Shown: piece after piece, positions 48,160-62,170 of the stretch
Numbering within the stretch: the stretch's first letter is position 1
Layout of the letters: each line of letters begins with the position of its first letter
From: Lytechinus pictus
Taxonomy: Eukaryota
NCBI RefSeq assembly: GCF_037042905.1
Contig: NC_087255.1
Coordinates: forward strand, 31,992,001-32,056,000
Direction: 5' to 3'
DNA length: 64,000 nt
Notes under the pieces: generated by a model
Seen by the model: only the letters and a program-made list of their open reading frames with translations
Database searches by the model: none
What the model was told of the DNA's origin: nothing
Program-made: the position numbers and the translations under genes

Positions 48160-49030
48160 CATGTACTTATCTTCTATTCACTGCCTCTCAACTCATCTAC
48201 TGTCTTCTACTTGCTGCCAGCAGGATTTCTCAACTCCTCTCAACTCATCTACTTATCTTCTGCTCACCATTAGCAGCACTCTCTCATCTCAACTCATCTA
48301 CTTATCTTCTACTCACTGCAGCAGGACTTCTCATCTCAACTCATCCACTAATCTTCTACTCACCACTGGCAGGATTTCTCATCTCAACTCATCCACTAAT
48401 CTTCTACTCACAACTCCTCTACACATCAACTTAACTTATCTTCTACTCACCGCAGCAGGACTTCTCATCTCATCTCAACTCATCCACTAATCTTCTACTC
48501 ATCACTGGCAGGTTTTCTCAACTCCTCTCAACTCATCTACTTATCTTCTGCTCACCATTAGCAGCACTCTCTCATCTCAACTCATCTACTTATCTTCTAC
48601 TCACTGCAGCAGGACTTCTCATCTCAACTCATCCACTAATCTTCTACTCACCACTGGCAGGATTTCTCATCTCAACTCATCCACTAATCTTCTACTCACC
48701 ACTGGCAGGATTTCTCATCTCAACTCATCCACTAATCTTCTACTCACCACTGGCAGGATTTCTCATCTCAACTCATCCACTAATCTTCTACTCACCTCAG
48801 CAGGACTTCTCATCTCATCTCAACTCATCCACTAATCTTCTACTCATCACTGGCAGGTTTTCTCAACTCCTCTCAACTCATCTACTAATCTTCTGCTCAC
48901 CATTAGCAGCACTTTCTCATCTCAACTCATCTACTTATCTTCTGCTCACCATTAGCAGGACTTCTCATCTCATCTCAACTCATCCACTAATCTTCTACTC
49001 ACCACTGGCAGGATTTCTCATCATCAATTC
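48160..49030. repeat. Intronic ~48-bp minisatellite
   Basis: Unit about GATTTCTCATCTCAACTCATCCACTAATCTTCTACTCACCACTGGCAG; period 48 at 48661/48709. Confidence 0.9.
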
Positions 49031-49249
49031 CATCTAGTTTACAGTCCTCCTTAGGAAAAAGATACTTTCCCTCTCATCTTTCTCTTTCGCATCTTTCATT
49101 TTTCTTCATCTCTATCAATCCACCATCCAGTAGTTCTTCTCTTGCCCAATAAAATGGTGAAACATAAGCCTCTTCTATGATATATGTACAACCATGCAAA
49201 CATACAAAGATCTCCTGAGAAAAGAAATATAATTTGAAAATAAACTTAC

Positions 49250-49313
49250 AGTTTGCTTCTGTTGATGCAGCAAGTAGCCCGACCAACAATGGGATGAACA
49301 TTCTTGAAAACAT
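49250..49313 (-). CDS. Signal-peptide exon of the multi-TIL protein
   Basis: ATG 49313, MFSRMFIPLLVGLLAASTEAN, phase-1 GTAAGT donor; TTTCAG acceptor at 49327-49328 implies an upstream non-coding exon. Confidence 0.85.
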
Positions 49314-51882
49314 CTTGAAAACACAACTGAAATAAACAAAACAAAGGTATTTCAAAATCTTAATGAAAACACTCCTGTAAGTTCAGGGGCCCGTTGCAGA
49401 AAGAGTTGCAATTAATAGAAACTCTACAAATCAATCGCAACTTGATTTTCAACCAATCAACAGCACGCATTTGGGACTTGCCATTGATTTTTTTACTTGC
49501 GTTTAAACGCAACTATTTCTGCAACGGGCCCCTAGGGCTAGATATTATAAGTATTTCAAAGGTTATTAAGTTCTATAACCCTTTGACAATGGAAATATGT
49601 AATTGCCATTATGTTTAATACAGCAGTCACAAAAATCCAATATCCTGAAAGAATGTATAATGATATTGATAAAAAAGATAAGGATAAGGCCTGCTCTCCC
49701 TGAGCTAAGGTAAATAGACCTACACTCTGAGAAATGCTAGCGAAAATCATTGATAAGTTCGGTTTGAACATTCATCTCATAACATTTTTTAATAAAAAAT
49801 CTTATTGACCAACTTTTATCATACATGTAGCTGTAATTAATGATAGTATTCTTTTAGAATCGGTAGGTTCTAGGTTATAAAGTCTCTCCTATCGTTTCTT
49901 CAATTCTGATGACAAATTTTAAAAAAATATGTGTATTTGACTTCAAAACAAAGTACTTAAAGTTATATTAAACCCAACATATCATTTTCATTATCTATTT
50001 ACGCTTCAGAAAAGGACTACTCAATGTACAGGGTTGTGTGATGAAAAAGTTTGTTCTACCTTTCTTTTTGGTAAGATAAGGGTTGACAAGTGTCAGCTCT
50101 TTAAAAAATATGATGACTCTTTAGATTGCTTAAAATCTGAGAATGAAAACCATGACTGAATATTCAAGAGAATTATATGAATTCTCACAATCACCTCATC
50201 AATCTTTCCAAAAGAGGTACAAGCCAGGATTTTTTTTCTAAATTCCTAGCAATATGAATGTTCAACTTGAGCACAAAAATAAAACTTGCCTTACCTCGAT
50301 GGTTGTTACCTCTGATCTATGAGAATATATTTCCAAAGTGAGAATACATATTTTCAAATAAATAACAAAACCCAGATTATTGATCCATGGCATCTGGTCC
50401 CACACCAGGTACAGGTGCTGAAATGGAGTAGACCCGTGGGGTTGCACCCCCCCCCCTTTTATGAACAGAATAAATACAGATAAGATTATTATTGAAAAAT
50501 AACACAATCTGATAGATACAATGTGCATAACTGATATATATAGCTTTGTAAAAAAATACCCCCCCAAAAAAAATACAAAAAATACATTTATCATTTGGTT
50601 GAAGCTATCTTTCCTCAGCTTTGCTTTGGAAAGATACAATTGACATCTCATTCACTGAAACCATATTTTTTCCTTTGTACTGTATAACATTGGAAATGAT
50701 CTAATCATAGAAAGAAAAGGAAGGCATTTTCTTCAAAAATAATGTCAACTGAACGATTGAACATTGCTTAATTACTGACAAAGCAACAAAGTTCAATCTC
50801 TCTTGTATGCACATGCCAATTGCTTTTGGTGCGCACAATAGTTTGTTTTGATCATGCACAAGGATAATGCTTTTTTTGGGGGGGGTAATTTAATTAAGTG
50901 CACGCACTGTGCACCTATGAGTTAAGAAAAAAATAAACATTGAAGTGCAATGAACCTTAATTAAAGATAGTACACAATCCAGCAAACTCAGATAGTACAC
51001 ACTGTACAGCATTTATTTAAATAGCAGATAGCACACAGTGCAATGCACCTCTACCAATGTTAGTATACAGTGCAATAACTTTCATTATGAGCTCACTCCA
51101 GATAAAGAAAATGTGTGTTGAAACTGTATTGTATAGAAGACTGAAGAAACTCGGAAGATAAGTGAAGATCAAGAGTACTACTTGGGTCCCGTTTCATAGA
51201 TACTCGTTATGATAACAAATGCATAATTTCTAAATTTCTAGAACAAGTTCACTATCACCAAATGAAACTGCATGATTTCAGTAGCTTTAAACTGTAATCG
51301 TAAATTTGGTGTTATAAGAAGTTTTATAAGAACAGACCCTAGGTGTTTGATGTGCAAATTACAATTGATCATGTGATTTAGTTTAAACCAATCAGATTGC
51401 AACATATTAGACAAATAACCCCTCCCTATAATATCACCGTTGACAATACCCCCAATATTTGGTTTATGTTCGTGACAATAGTGTGCACAGATGGAATAAT
51501 CCCAACCCTCGACTCTAATTTGATTCACACTTTGTTAACAAAAATATTAATCCTTGCTTACCCCATGGACCTATTACAACCCATGCTTATCCCAATTACA
51601 TTCAAAACATGAAACGAAAATCCATGATTATATCGTTTGATATTTGACAATAATCAATATTTAGTTGTAAACATGAAGGTTAACATCAGGCTTAAAGGCT
51701 ACGTTCTAAGAAAAATATAACGCCCTTTGGATTACAAAAGAAATTTTGAAGGACCACAGTACCATCGTGTGACAGTAACGTGAACAGATGGAGTTGTCAC
51801 ATCTCTTGATTTGCAAAAACAAACCCTTGACCATCCCATAATTCTATCACTTTGATTTACAATATACACAATTGACACTTAC

Positions 51883-51969
51883 TCAAGGTTTGGTATTCTT
51901 GTATGCAGTTATTAACAATAGGATTACTCTAATATGGGAATAGAATGCATTTTGCAATAACCTTATATA
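51883..51969 (-). promoter_or_regulatory. Candidate TATA box and non-coding first exon of the TIL gene
   Basis: CTATATAAGG on - at about 51961-51970; GA|GTAAGT donor at 51882-51877, about 80 nt downstream. Confidence 0.45.
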
Positions 51970-52220
51970 GGAGTACTAGTTTGGAACAAACAAAACTTAG
52001 ATTTTCTAATGAAGAAGAGTTATGATATTGATTTGTTTTGGAAACAAGTGTCTTCTCAAGTGTAGGCCTACAATTGCTTGTTTTTCTCCTCAAACATTAT
52101 TTTCAAATTTCTCAACCTTATCAATCATACTTTGGTTTATTTTCCTTCTTCAGAGGTTTTTCTAACAAATGCATATGTATATATATATATAGAAGACATT
52201 TCTCTTCTCCTGTCTCCAAC

Positions 52221-53690
52221 CAACCGCGTAGCCAGGATTTCATTTTGGAGGGGGCGGTAAATGCACGCGAAGCGTGCCAACACTTACAGAGCACGCAAAG
52301 CGCGCTCCCTAGGGGGTGGGTGCAGGGAGGGGGAGTTCCCCCCCCCCCCGCGCGAAGCACGAAGCTTTTGGGGTTTCATAAATTAAAATGAAAAGGAGCC
52401 GTCTCTCTTGTCTCTAGTACCTATATCAGCTCCAATTCAGTTGACTATATTGTGCTTTTGAACCTCGTTTTCATGAACCTTGCTTTCAAAAGTGATTGTG
52501 AACGCACAAAAAAGGCAATGGAGGAAATTAAAATAATAATAACCCTGCGCAAAGCGCTGAAGCTAAAGCGTTTTATCAATTTTTTTGCCATGAAAAGGGT
52601 CCCGAGAAACGGGTATTCTCAAAGATATATTGATTACTTCCCTTGGAAAGATCAGATTTGATTACAAACAATTTAGCGACAGTGCATATCTTTAACTCGC
52701 AAAACAGAAGAGAAGAAGTGTATATACCAGGAGGAAAATATTCCTCCCCGAGCAATGAAACTCTGAAATTTCAAAGGGCGGATGTTTCATGAAATGCAGA
52801 TAGGCCTATCTCTAATACCCCATCGGCTCTAATTCAATTGATTTTCTAAGATTATTGAACTTCATTACAAAGAAAATAATGCTCAAAAAGTTGAAACTTC
52901 TGTGATTTATTGAAATTATATAAAAAAGGATGCCTAATTTCTTTGACTAATCCTGAAGCGCTTCATTTTGAATTATAAAGAAACTTAGGTGTCATTCAAA
53001 ATTTCAAACTGAGGGCGCAAAACATGACAGGAGATGAATGTGCAGGGAAATGACATGAAGTTTAATAGAATTTGATAAAAAATATTGTACTTTTTTATTT
53101 AGTATATACGACACAAATTTTATACCTTCCTCTTTTTAAATCAGGAAACTGTTTGCCCCAAAATTATGGTTGTTTAGTAATGAGCTGAAAAGCGGGAGAA
53201 GTTGACTTTATGGAGGTGACGGCAGAAATTGATATAAAGATTTTACCCGCCCGGAACCGACCCGGCCAGAAGTTGCGCGATCAATCAAAAAAAGATAACT
53301 TCATATACTTCGATATAACTTTACTCTAATTCCATGCCCTAATGTATACATTTGAACTTTAACTGGCAAGAAACACATATAGCTGAGGTGGAAAAACAGG
53401 GTTAGAGAAAGGGTGGGGGAAACAAAGGAGAACTTCAATATTGTCATTTAACCGCGCACAGCGCGGAAGCAAAATTCATATTTAGAGCAAGAGTGAAGGA
53501 GTTTAATTCTCTTTTGAGAAAAAATTTTAAAAAAAAATAAAAAAAAAAACACAAAGCTACCTTTCTTCCCTTTCCTCCCTTCCCTTTTCCTTTTCTCCTC
53601 TCTTTTTTCCCTTCTTTTTTTTCTTTTTGGGGACGTTTTGGGGGGGTGGCGACCGCCCCCACCGCCCCCCCCCCCCTGGCTACGCGCCTG
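52221..53690. mobile_element. Non-autonomous hAT-like DNA transposon, copy 2
   Basis: Same TIRs and interior as 3397-4861; 8-bp TSD TCTCCAAC. Confidence 0.9.
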
Positions 53691-53863
53691 TCTCCAACCC
53701 CAACCTCACTACCCTCACTTTCTTTCTTCCTCTCATGATCATCAATCATCAAAATCATCACATACCAAAGAATAAATCTAACACTGTTGGGATCATTATC
53801 TACAGTATCATCATCATCATCAAAATCATCACCATTATCATCATCTTAATCAACATCATCACC

Positions 53864-53895
<32 letters not shown>

Positions 53896-54610
53896 TACAA
53901 CATTTTACATAAAAATCCACCATTCACAGTACTAATGAATTATGTCTTTATCATCAGAACCAAAATCAAATGGAATGATCTCGTCTATTATTAGGAGAGT
54001 TGACTAACTAAGCATTGCTGGAGTAGTCTGCAAACACAGACTCAAAATTGACATTTTAACCCATTATACCAGGTCTAGAGTGAAGACTAGATTCCAAACT
54101 CTCTATGTCTTCGGTAGCAGCAGCCACAGTACATATAATATTAAACAATAATAATACCAATGATAATAGTATTCCACTTTTGTACATGTAGAGCATTTAA
54201 TGTACTCAGAATAGCATCTCCAAGTGCTTTTACATGTATATAACTACTAAAGGTCATTTGATTCCGATGTGCTCGCAAACATGACGGCACTAAAATACAA
54301 TAATATAATTCATCACTCGACTCACATTTAATCTACCAGACAAGGACATTCTTCTTTTACAAAGGAAAAATTCATACATTAACGAATTTCTATAATTACA
54401 TGAGGCTGGTATTGCACAATTCGGATACTAAATTTATTTCATTGCTACACAAAGAGATGCTATGATACTTTTACCTATACATGTTTTACTTCGAAGAGTC
54501 ATATCTATTTTTTCTTCATAACATTCAAACCAGCCACACACACAAAATTTGTCTGTGCATGTAGGTCTTTTTACAAAACAAGTCTACAAATTACCTATTA
54601 AAGCCACTAA

Positions 54611-54849
54611 GGGACGCACCATTAGAACTCCGGGGGGGGGGGGGGGGGGCTGGAAGTTTTTTCCCCCCAAAAAAAACTTGACTCACCATCAGAATAAAAA
54701 AAAAACTTGGTCCACTGACAAATCATCTGAAAGGTGCCAAAAAATGGACTATTAAAAAAAAATTACTCAAAGAAAAAGGAAAAAAAATGCATCAACCCAA
54801 ACTTCCAGCAACCTCCCCCCCCCCCCCCGGGTATCTAATTGTGCGTCAC
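54611..54849. mobile_element. PIF/Harbinger-like MITE
   Basis: TAA-GGGACGCACCATTAGA ... TCTAATTGTGCGTCAC-TAA. Confidence 0.6.
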
Positions 54850-57581
54850 TAAGGGGTAAAAAATGTGCATTATACTTGAGTATCGTCTAACTTTCCAATC
54901 TTAAAAATTCGTAGAAGATGTTCGATATTATTTCAACTGCCAATTCTCCATGATTATCTAGATATTCAAATCAAATTACATGTATCTAACGCCCTCTCTT
55001 AACACTATTTTCATTTTCCATTATAAGTCTTTTTGGGCAATGAGGTGTGATAAATGGGTATCCGGTAGGAACAAAATCCTTGAATGCTCAAGCGTCTGCT
55101 CAGAGTAGCCATGCTAAAGCCAAGGTAATAGTATGCAGCGCTTTATATTAAGCCCTATATAAATGTTGCATATTATTATTATTTATCTTAAAAAATTAGA
55201 AATTGGATAATTAGAGGCTACAGGCAAAGTAATATATCCTGAAACTTTCAGCCAAGTTAACAGTTTGGAATGGGTTTCTAATAAATAGAAAAACCATTAC
55301 ATTTTGATCGAGTACCCGATCAAAATACATATTCATGTACAATCACAAAATGTATCCTGTAAAACACTGTTTTAGGGCATCATACACATTCATATAATCT
55401 TGTAATGATTTGGAATAGTGATAGCCACATTTTGGGGAATTTACCAAAGCTAAAAGAGGCTTTAATTCTTTGCTATTTTGACATCATAATGGCTTAGTAT
55501 ACGTCTCCAATTGCTTTAGCTAAAGGTTATTTTCAAAGAAGTGTCATTAATTTAGGCTTCTTTCAACAAAATCTCTCAGTATGTTGAAAGGTAGATTTGG
55601 GGGTTGTTTCATGAAGGACTTTCAATCATGCTAACTGTCCCATTATGTTAAAGTAGCATCGTAGTAAAGGCTCAGCAGCCAATCAATCATAAAATATATA
55701 AATTTATATTCAGCGACACGATTGGTCGAATCTAATTTATCTAATTCATAATAATAGATGAATAAGTACATGTCCCTACATGTACAAGTATAGGGGCTGA
55801 CACACCACTTTAGCCAGCATATGCTGATGGACACAAACTACATAAAAAGTATGTTTATTTGATTCTAAATTCATTTTTTTTTTATCAACACAAATGATCC
55901 TTCACATCAGATAAAAGGAGAAAAAACACTTGCCACACATACAGTACATTGGCACAAGCTGGCTAAAACATCTAGGGGAGTATTTCACATGAAAGGACTT
56001 GTTAGACATTTCATCTGACAAAGTATATTTTATCTAACAGTTACCATAGGTACTGTGCTCCTAAGCTTATCAAAATAAAGGAAAGTTCCAAAGATATGAC
56101 AACTTGTGGATAAAAAATGTCGACAAAATGCTTTCCAGACGCAACATCCCCTTTTAAAAAGGCCAAATGATTGTCTCTCCCATAGGCCTCTCACAATGTG
56201 CTCCTCCAAATATCTAGTTTTGGTCCAATATTCAATGAGTATAGCAGTACAAGACATGTTCCTGGCTCCTAATAATTCAAACCATCATCATACATCACTG
56301 GTAAATGTAAATAATATTTTTTTAAATCTTAAGTCCTTCCAACAGATCATTCTAATGGCATCTTCAGTGTCACCAAGAAGTGGAAGAGTTGTCAGTTGCC
56401 ATGAAGTCAGGTACATGATCTTCACTTTGTGCAATGCCACTGGAATATTTTGAGATGGCAAATGGTATATATTAAGACCACATTTACTTCTTTCTCATGA
56501 ATAGTAGTTCTCCTTAGACCATGTAATAAAAGAAAGAGGATCATCCTAGAGAGACACCGTCCTGTCCATCCCAAATGGTCCTAAGACAGCAACCTGCCAA
56601 TTAAGTCCTTCTTTCTTGTCATCCTTGAGCGGTATTTATACACAGGTTGTACAGTAAACGCTTTTCTGAAAGACTAGCGTTGTTCCAGAGATTTGTCTCT
56701 AGCAATAACAGAGTCTTCAAATTTGATCATGTATGTGGTTCCTTTGTGCCAATGAGCAGTTACCTTAGCCGGCTGTGTGTGAGGGGGGGGGGGGGAAGGG
56801 AGATGACAGAAGAATGGGAGAATGAGGAAAGAAAAGGAAGAGAAAAGGCGATGTAATTATTATACCATTTTCCTATAAAATAAACAGATATTGACTAAGA
56901 TATTAAAAGGTTTTTTTTAACATATATCTCATAACACTAGTTTTGAATCTCCATAATATCACCAAAACGGTCTATGGTACCTAGCAATAGTTGTTCTATA
57001 TTGTACATTTCCACAGGTAAATGTCAGAGAAATCAATAAAATAAGTGCAGCACCTTGACATTTGGCATTGTTACTTTGTAAAACAATTATGTATTATAGA
57101 ATGTTTTATAGGTTTATCACACTATAGAAAATTAGTAAGCTAATGAAACTATAGGTCTCACTTTTTTCAAACAATTTCATGAAATGAGATTACCAATACT
57201 TATTTTTTCTTCAAGATTATCAATAAATAAGTTATCAATCAAAACATTTATATCATTTGTTGAGTGTAATAACCAATACAAAGAATATATTTATAATATA
57301 AATAGAATCACAATGTAGATTGTGAAATTGATTTCTTATTTTGTGATAAAATGCTCCAATCTAGGGAAAGGCATGATTACAATAGCGCCATCATGCAATC
57401 AAGTAACAAAAAGCCTATCTCAAGCTTTGGAAATGGGTCAGTGATATTAGTTAAGTATGATGAATTTTTCAGCAATTAGAATTCAAATTTGGCATATTTT
57501 CCAGCCATCACAAATTGAATTTGGCATTACCTCCCCATCTCAGCAATGGTCTTTTTTTTTAAAGCCCTTTGAGCCCATTAA

Positions 57582-57978
57582 AGCTAAATGAAAGTAGTTG
57601 CAGTAAAACACTGATTTCGTGAGAAAGTCTGTAAAACCAAGGTTAAGTATTACTATACATCATGGATCTCGATCTGGTACAGTTACATAAACTGAACTTT
57701 GTGAAATCATAAAATCTAAGCTGAAAAACGATCACACTGAAGATCGCCAACACAGATAGGCATGCGTGGGACAGTGTATATTATTATTGCTGGAATACAG
57801 GCCAGACGGAAGTGCCTGAATCCGCACTTATTTTGCATTTTTCTCAGCAATTACACAATTTCTTCCAGAATCCCTTGGCACATATTTTTTATTCATACAA
57901 AACAGACACTTGGGTGGTCAAGATATTGGATTCTGTAAAAAGTCATTTTGAGATCGTTACCACAACTGGCATTTATCT
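57582..57978. mobile_element. TTAA-flanked MITE (Kolobok-like)
   Basis: TTAA-AGCTAAATG ... CATTTATCT-TTAA; imperfect TIR. Confidence 0.6.
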
Positions 57979-59654
57979 TTAAAGCTTTAGCAAATGGAAA
58001 TTAGCTCCTGACAAAGATTATGTCCTGAAAGTTTCAGCTCATTCTGTAGTTTAAAAGGGGTTTTACAAGACATAAAAATGCAAACATTTTATTTTGATTG
58101 AACACGATTGACCATTGACCAGTCTTTAAAAACTACCCCTTTTTATATTATTTTAAAATAAATTCTGTAAATCTATCCAACTGTGAACCTTGCTCATTTG
58201 TTGTTTTTACTGCTATTTCATCTAAAATGTTCACATAGACACTACAAAAAATTATATAGGCATACATGTCAATCCATTTGCAAAGCAAATTGTTCTGCTT
58301 TTGTTAATGTCAAGTCATCCTTCTTAAAACATGTGCTGGAAATACATCTCAGCAGAACACTCTGTTTTTTAGTTTATCCTATCTTGACATAAAATAGAAA
58401 ATATATACAGTTCCCTATTCATGCTTGCTATCAGTGAGCCATTTTTTTTTGTTAATGCTAATTTACCCCTTCAAAAACAGCTGGAAATAAATGTAGGCTG
58501 AACACTTTGCAGGATTTTTCTTTTTAATTTATATTCAGAGACAGGAAGAGAGAAACAATGTGTCTAATCCACAGGTGCTAATTTATGCCTCCCAATTTCA
58601 GTCCTTCAAATTCAATCATAAATGTCAAAATAAAATTATTTGGTAATGTTTCAAACCGCCAATTCTATACAGTTTCAGGAAGTTTTCAGTGTTGGTTAAT
58701 AAAATGTAAGAATGTTCACATACAGCTTAACAACTCCCATGATGGCCCTACAAGTTGGTAGATTATGAGGCAAAAAAGATTTGAGAAACAGAGGGAATTT
58801 TACTTTTTAACAAAGAATATTCTCTCTTTTCAAGGACTTTCTCATTTTTGATTCCATATTTCATAGTAATAATGTTAAATTCATTAAATGTATAATAATC
58901 AATAAAGTTTCTCTACATGCTTTTAACTATTCCAAACTAATTAAGAACATGAATTAATGATTTAGGAGGGAAAAGTTTGTCTCCTTTCAAAAGGTGATCA
59001 TGCAAACACTGTTTAATCTCTGAAATAAGACATCATATTTGATGTTTCCAATAATTTTTTAAAAGACATTCTAGACTTAGTAAAGAAAGTTACTTTGTAA
59101 AGGTGAACGCAAATGAATTTATCATTTCCCTAGCTACAGACATGAACTTAGATATTGGTATTCCAAATTGGTTGCAACCTGGAAATAAGAAAAAAATTAT
59201 TTATGACAAAAAGAATTGCACTTTTCTGGCACTGCATTTTATTAGCTCTGTGGGTGACAAGATATAAATCAACTTTGATCATTCTTGGTGAGAATTGATG
59301 ACTAGGATTAACTGAAGCCTTGTTCACGTCTTGAGTTGAAATTGATATGGAAAAAAAATTGCATAACTTTGTTCTTGATTGTGGATACTGCAAATATCAT
59401 TGATTGAAGGTGCTTGGTGCAAGATATCCTTCTTATCATATGTTTTTCAACACAGAAATTGTTCACTTGTTTTCTCTATAAATTACCAGTAATCTTAAAC
59501 TTTTCAAAGAAAAATAAATTGTCAATGAAAACTCACCGCCCCTCCATCCCCCTCAGTTTTACAAAATATTTATAATTCTTTTTACACTGGTAAATGGTGG
59601 TGATTTTTTTACCTGGTTGCTATTAAGCATGTATGCTTGTAAGCAAGCAACCAA

Positions 59655-59800
59655 AGGAGCGATGGCTTAAGGTCCTCTCCAAGGGACCTGGTAGTGAGGA
59701 TTAATGCCTTACCAAAGGGCACTAGCGCATCAAGTGGGAATCGAACCCGGGTCACTGGAATCTGAAACCCCCGCTCTAGCGACTGAGCTATTGCACCCCC
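59655..59800 (-). mobile_element. tRNA-headed SINE fragment; related fragment at about 60750-60890
   Basis: A-box-like TAGCTCAGTCG and B-box GGTTCGATTCC on -. Confidence 0.55.
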
Positions 59801-61303
59801 ACACTAAGCTCCAATTGTGTTAAACTTGGCTGGTAGTTTTTTCTTCAATTTATTCATACTTCATTTTAATTGGCTCTAAACCCTGCTACCATGGAAATTT
59901 GCTGAGTTATTACTACACTAAGTATTTTTTATGCAACATTATCAAGATCATCTTCCCTTATATTTACATATTCTTCCTTTTTTTTACTTACAAAGTTACA
60001 TCCATTTAGTATAGCCTCAATGATACCAGCGGTGAAAGCTGCACAGTTCAAACTACCTGTAGGGTGAGATACAAGTGAATATATAACCATTAATCAATGT
60101 ACAGGGCAAAAATGTATAGGAATACAAAGAATGGGTTTTCTCTAATATTTAAATCATTTCTTACTGGGGTAGACTTGACCTTTACTATTCAATATTCATA
60201 TTGGAGCCAACTGTATAAGGGGGGAAAAGGATGCAATTCACAAAATATCTTGAAATGTTTCATTGACAATTTTCTCTGGGGAAGAAAACATATTAAAGAC
60301 AGCAATTGGGTTGAAGAAATCATACAAGTATGGAGTATCAAGGAATAATGGAGCATATAACTGGGACATCACTTACAGGGGTGTGTAAAAGGGGAAAGAA
60401 CAAGGGGGAGCAGTACTATATTACAACCCATCATCCCCTTCATCTGTTTGATTCACTTCTCTATTCCTCCTCTCTCAATCCTTGCTCGTTCCTCCCTATC
60501 CTCTCTCATCAATTAGACATTATGACTGAATGATTTCTTGTTCTTAGAGAACAGAGACAATGCACAAATATCTGCAAGCAATTGTACATTTTTAACATGA
60601 CCTCTAGCAAAAATGTTGAGTTAAAGTTCTCCTGTGACGGCATTCATCTCTTGAGACATGACATTAAACTTTTATGTCAACATCTCAACTTCTCTGACAA
60701 CATTCAATGTGGTGGTGATTTGATATCTGATGGCTATTAAACCAGAGGACCAAAGGCTTAAGGTCCTCTCCATGGGACATAAATGCCTTAAATACCAAAA
60801 TGCACTAGTGCTAGCTCACCAACTGGGATTCAAACCAGGGAAAGCGGAATCAGAAACAACAACTCTACTGACTGAACTTTAACACCTATCAACATCACAA
60901 GGAAATATATTGAGCCAATATGACAGAATTCAGGCTTTAACAGATTCTACTGAATTTGATCAGATTGAGCTTTCAACGATCACACAGAGCATATGAAAAA
61001 ATATTTCAAAACTATAACATTTTGTAATAATCTCTATACAGAGCACACATTAGATTTTTCACTTATATTAAGAGTCAGATTTTTCCGAGCAATTTGGAAA
61101 TATTTGGGACAATGCATATACATGATAAATTTAGGGTGCCCATAAATCATATGGGACCAAAGAAATCTATCACTCTGCAAACAAGAATCACATTTTTCAG
61201 ATGTTTTAATTATCTCATATTACCATTATAGTGATGTAAAAAAGCATGTTTATGGTGCTCTGATACTTTGTGAGGTGAACAATGTTACTCCAAGATGTCT
61301 TAT

Positions 61304-61698
61304 ACCCCTTTCATAAACCCAATAAAACCCAATTATGCGGCTAATAGCAGCATAATTTGGTCGTAAAATCAGAGGACAAGAGTTATCCGCATTATTCTGA
61401 TGCTGCTATTATCCGCATAATAGCGGCATCGGGACAAGATTTTGAGTTTATGAACGTATTTCCAAATAATGCGGATAATTGCCATGGTGCGGTCACAAGG
61501 TCACCCTTTTCCAACACAACCGCATCGGAGGGGGCGTGTCCAGTTGTCATGACGATTATCCGCCTTTTTCAAGACGGGCGCTCGTAAAAATAATGCGGAT
61601 AATTTTCGGAGTTTGTGAACGCAATTTTTATTGAATTATCCGCATTACTCTTAGGCGGCTAATTGGAGGATAGGTTTTATTGGGTTTATGAAAGGGGT
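61304..61698. mobile_element. MITE with long perfect TIR
   Basis: ACCCCTTTCATAAACCCAATAAAACC / GGTTTTATTGGGTTTATGAAAGGGGT; internal TTATCCGC motifs. Confidence 0.75.
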
Positions 61699-61986
61699 AT
61701 AAAAGGTTTATTTCCAATTCTTCTATTGCCAATTCGTCCAATTGCCAACTCGTCTACTATCATTTGGTCTACCATCAGTTCGTCCACTCACCACATGGTC
61801 TACTTTCATTTAGTCTAATGCCATTCCGTCTAATAACCAGTTGGTCCAACAGCCATTTAGTCCATATACCATGTGGTCTAATTAAACTAAAGTGCTAATT
61901 GTGCAAAATGAATGAAAAGAAAATGGGTATCAGACCAACTGGTTATTAGACGAAATGGTAATAGACGAACTGGAGATTAGACGCAT

Positions 61987-62170
61987 GGACGCGTCATGGT
62001 CTAGTGGTTCTGACTCTCGCCTTTCAAACAGAGGTTCGTGGGTTCGAATCCTAGCCATGGCATGTTTTCCTTCAGCAAGAAATCTTTCCACACTGTGCTG
62101 CACTCGACCCAGGTGAGGTAAATGGGAACCGGCAGGAAGTAATTCCTCAAAAAGCTGTGCGCACCAATAT
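61987..62170 (+). mobile_element. tRNA-derived SINE, 5' part, cut by another element at about 62180
   Basis: A-box TGGTCTAGTGG, CTTTCAA loop, B-box GGTTCGAATCC, then body ...GACCCAGGTGAGGTAAATGGG. Confidence 0.75.

Larger units (their letters stand above)
17312..49313 (-). other. Gene span: secreted multi-TIL-domain cysteine-rich protein (17 TIL domains plus C-terminal 8-Cys module, about 1096 aa, 19 coding exons)
   Basis: All exons join in frame (3291 nt including stop); signal peptide MFSRMFIPLLVGLLAASTEA; 16 of the TIL exons are symmetric phase 1-1. Confidence 0.85.

Noticed and set aside
48161-48490. 109-aa Ser/Thr/Leu-rich ORF
   Set aside because: Translation of the 48-bp minisatellite on the strand opposite the host gene
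17312-49313. Naming the TIL gene zonadhesin, SCO-spondin or vWF
   Set aside because: No VWD, C8, MAM or TSP exons were found between signal peptide and stop; such labels would reflect TIL similarity only
61987-62060. tRNA-Glu gene
   Set aside because: Acceptor stem is imperfect and it runs straight into a SINE body shared with other copies, with no T-run terminator
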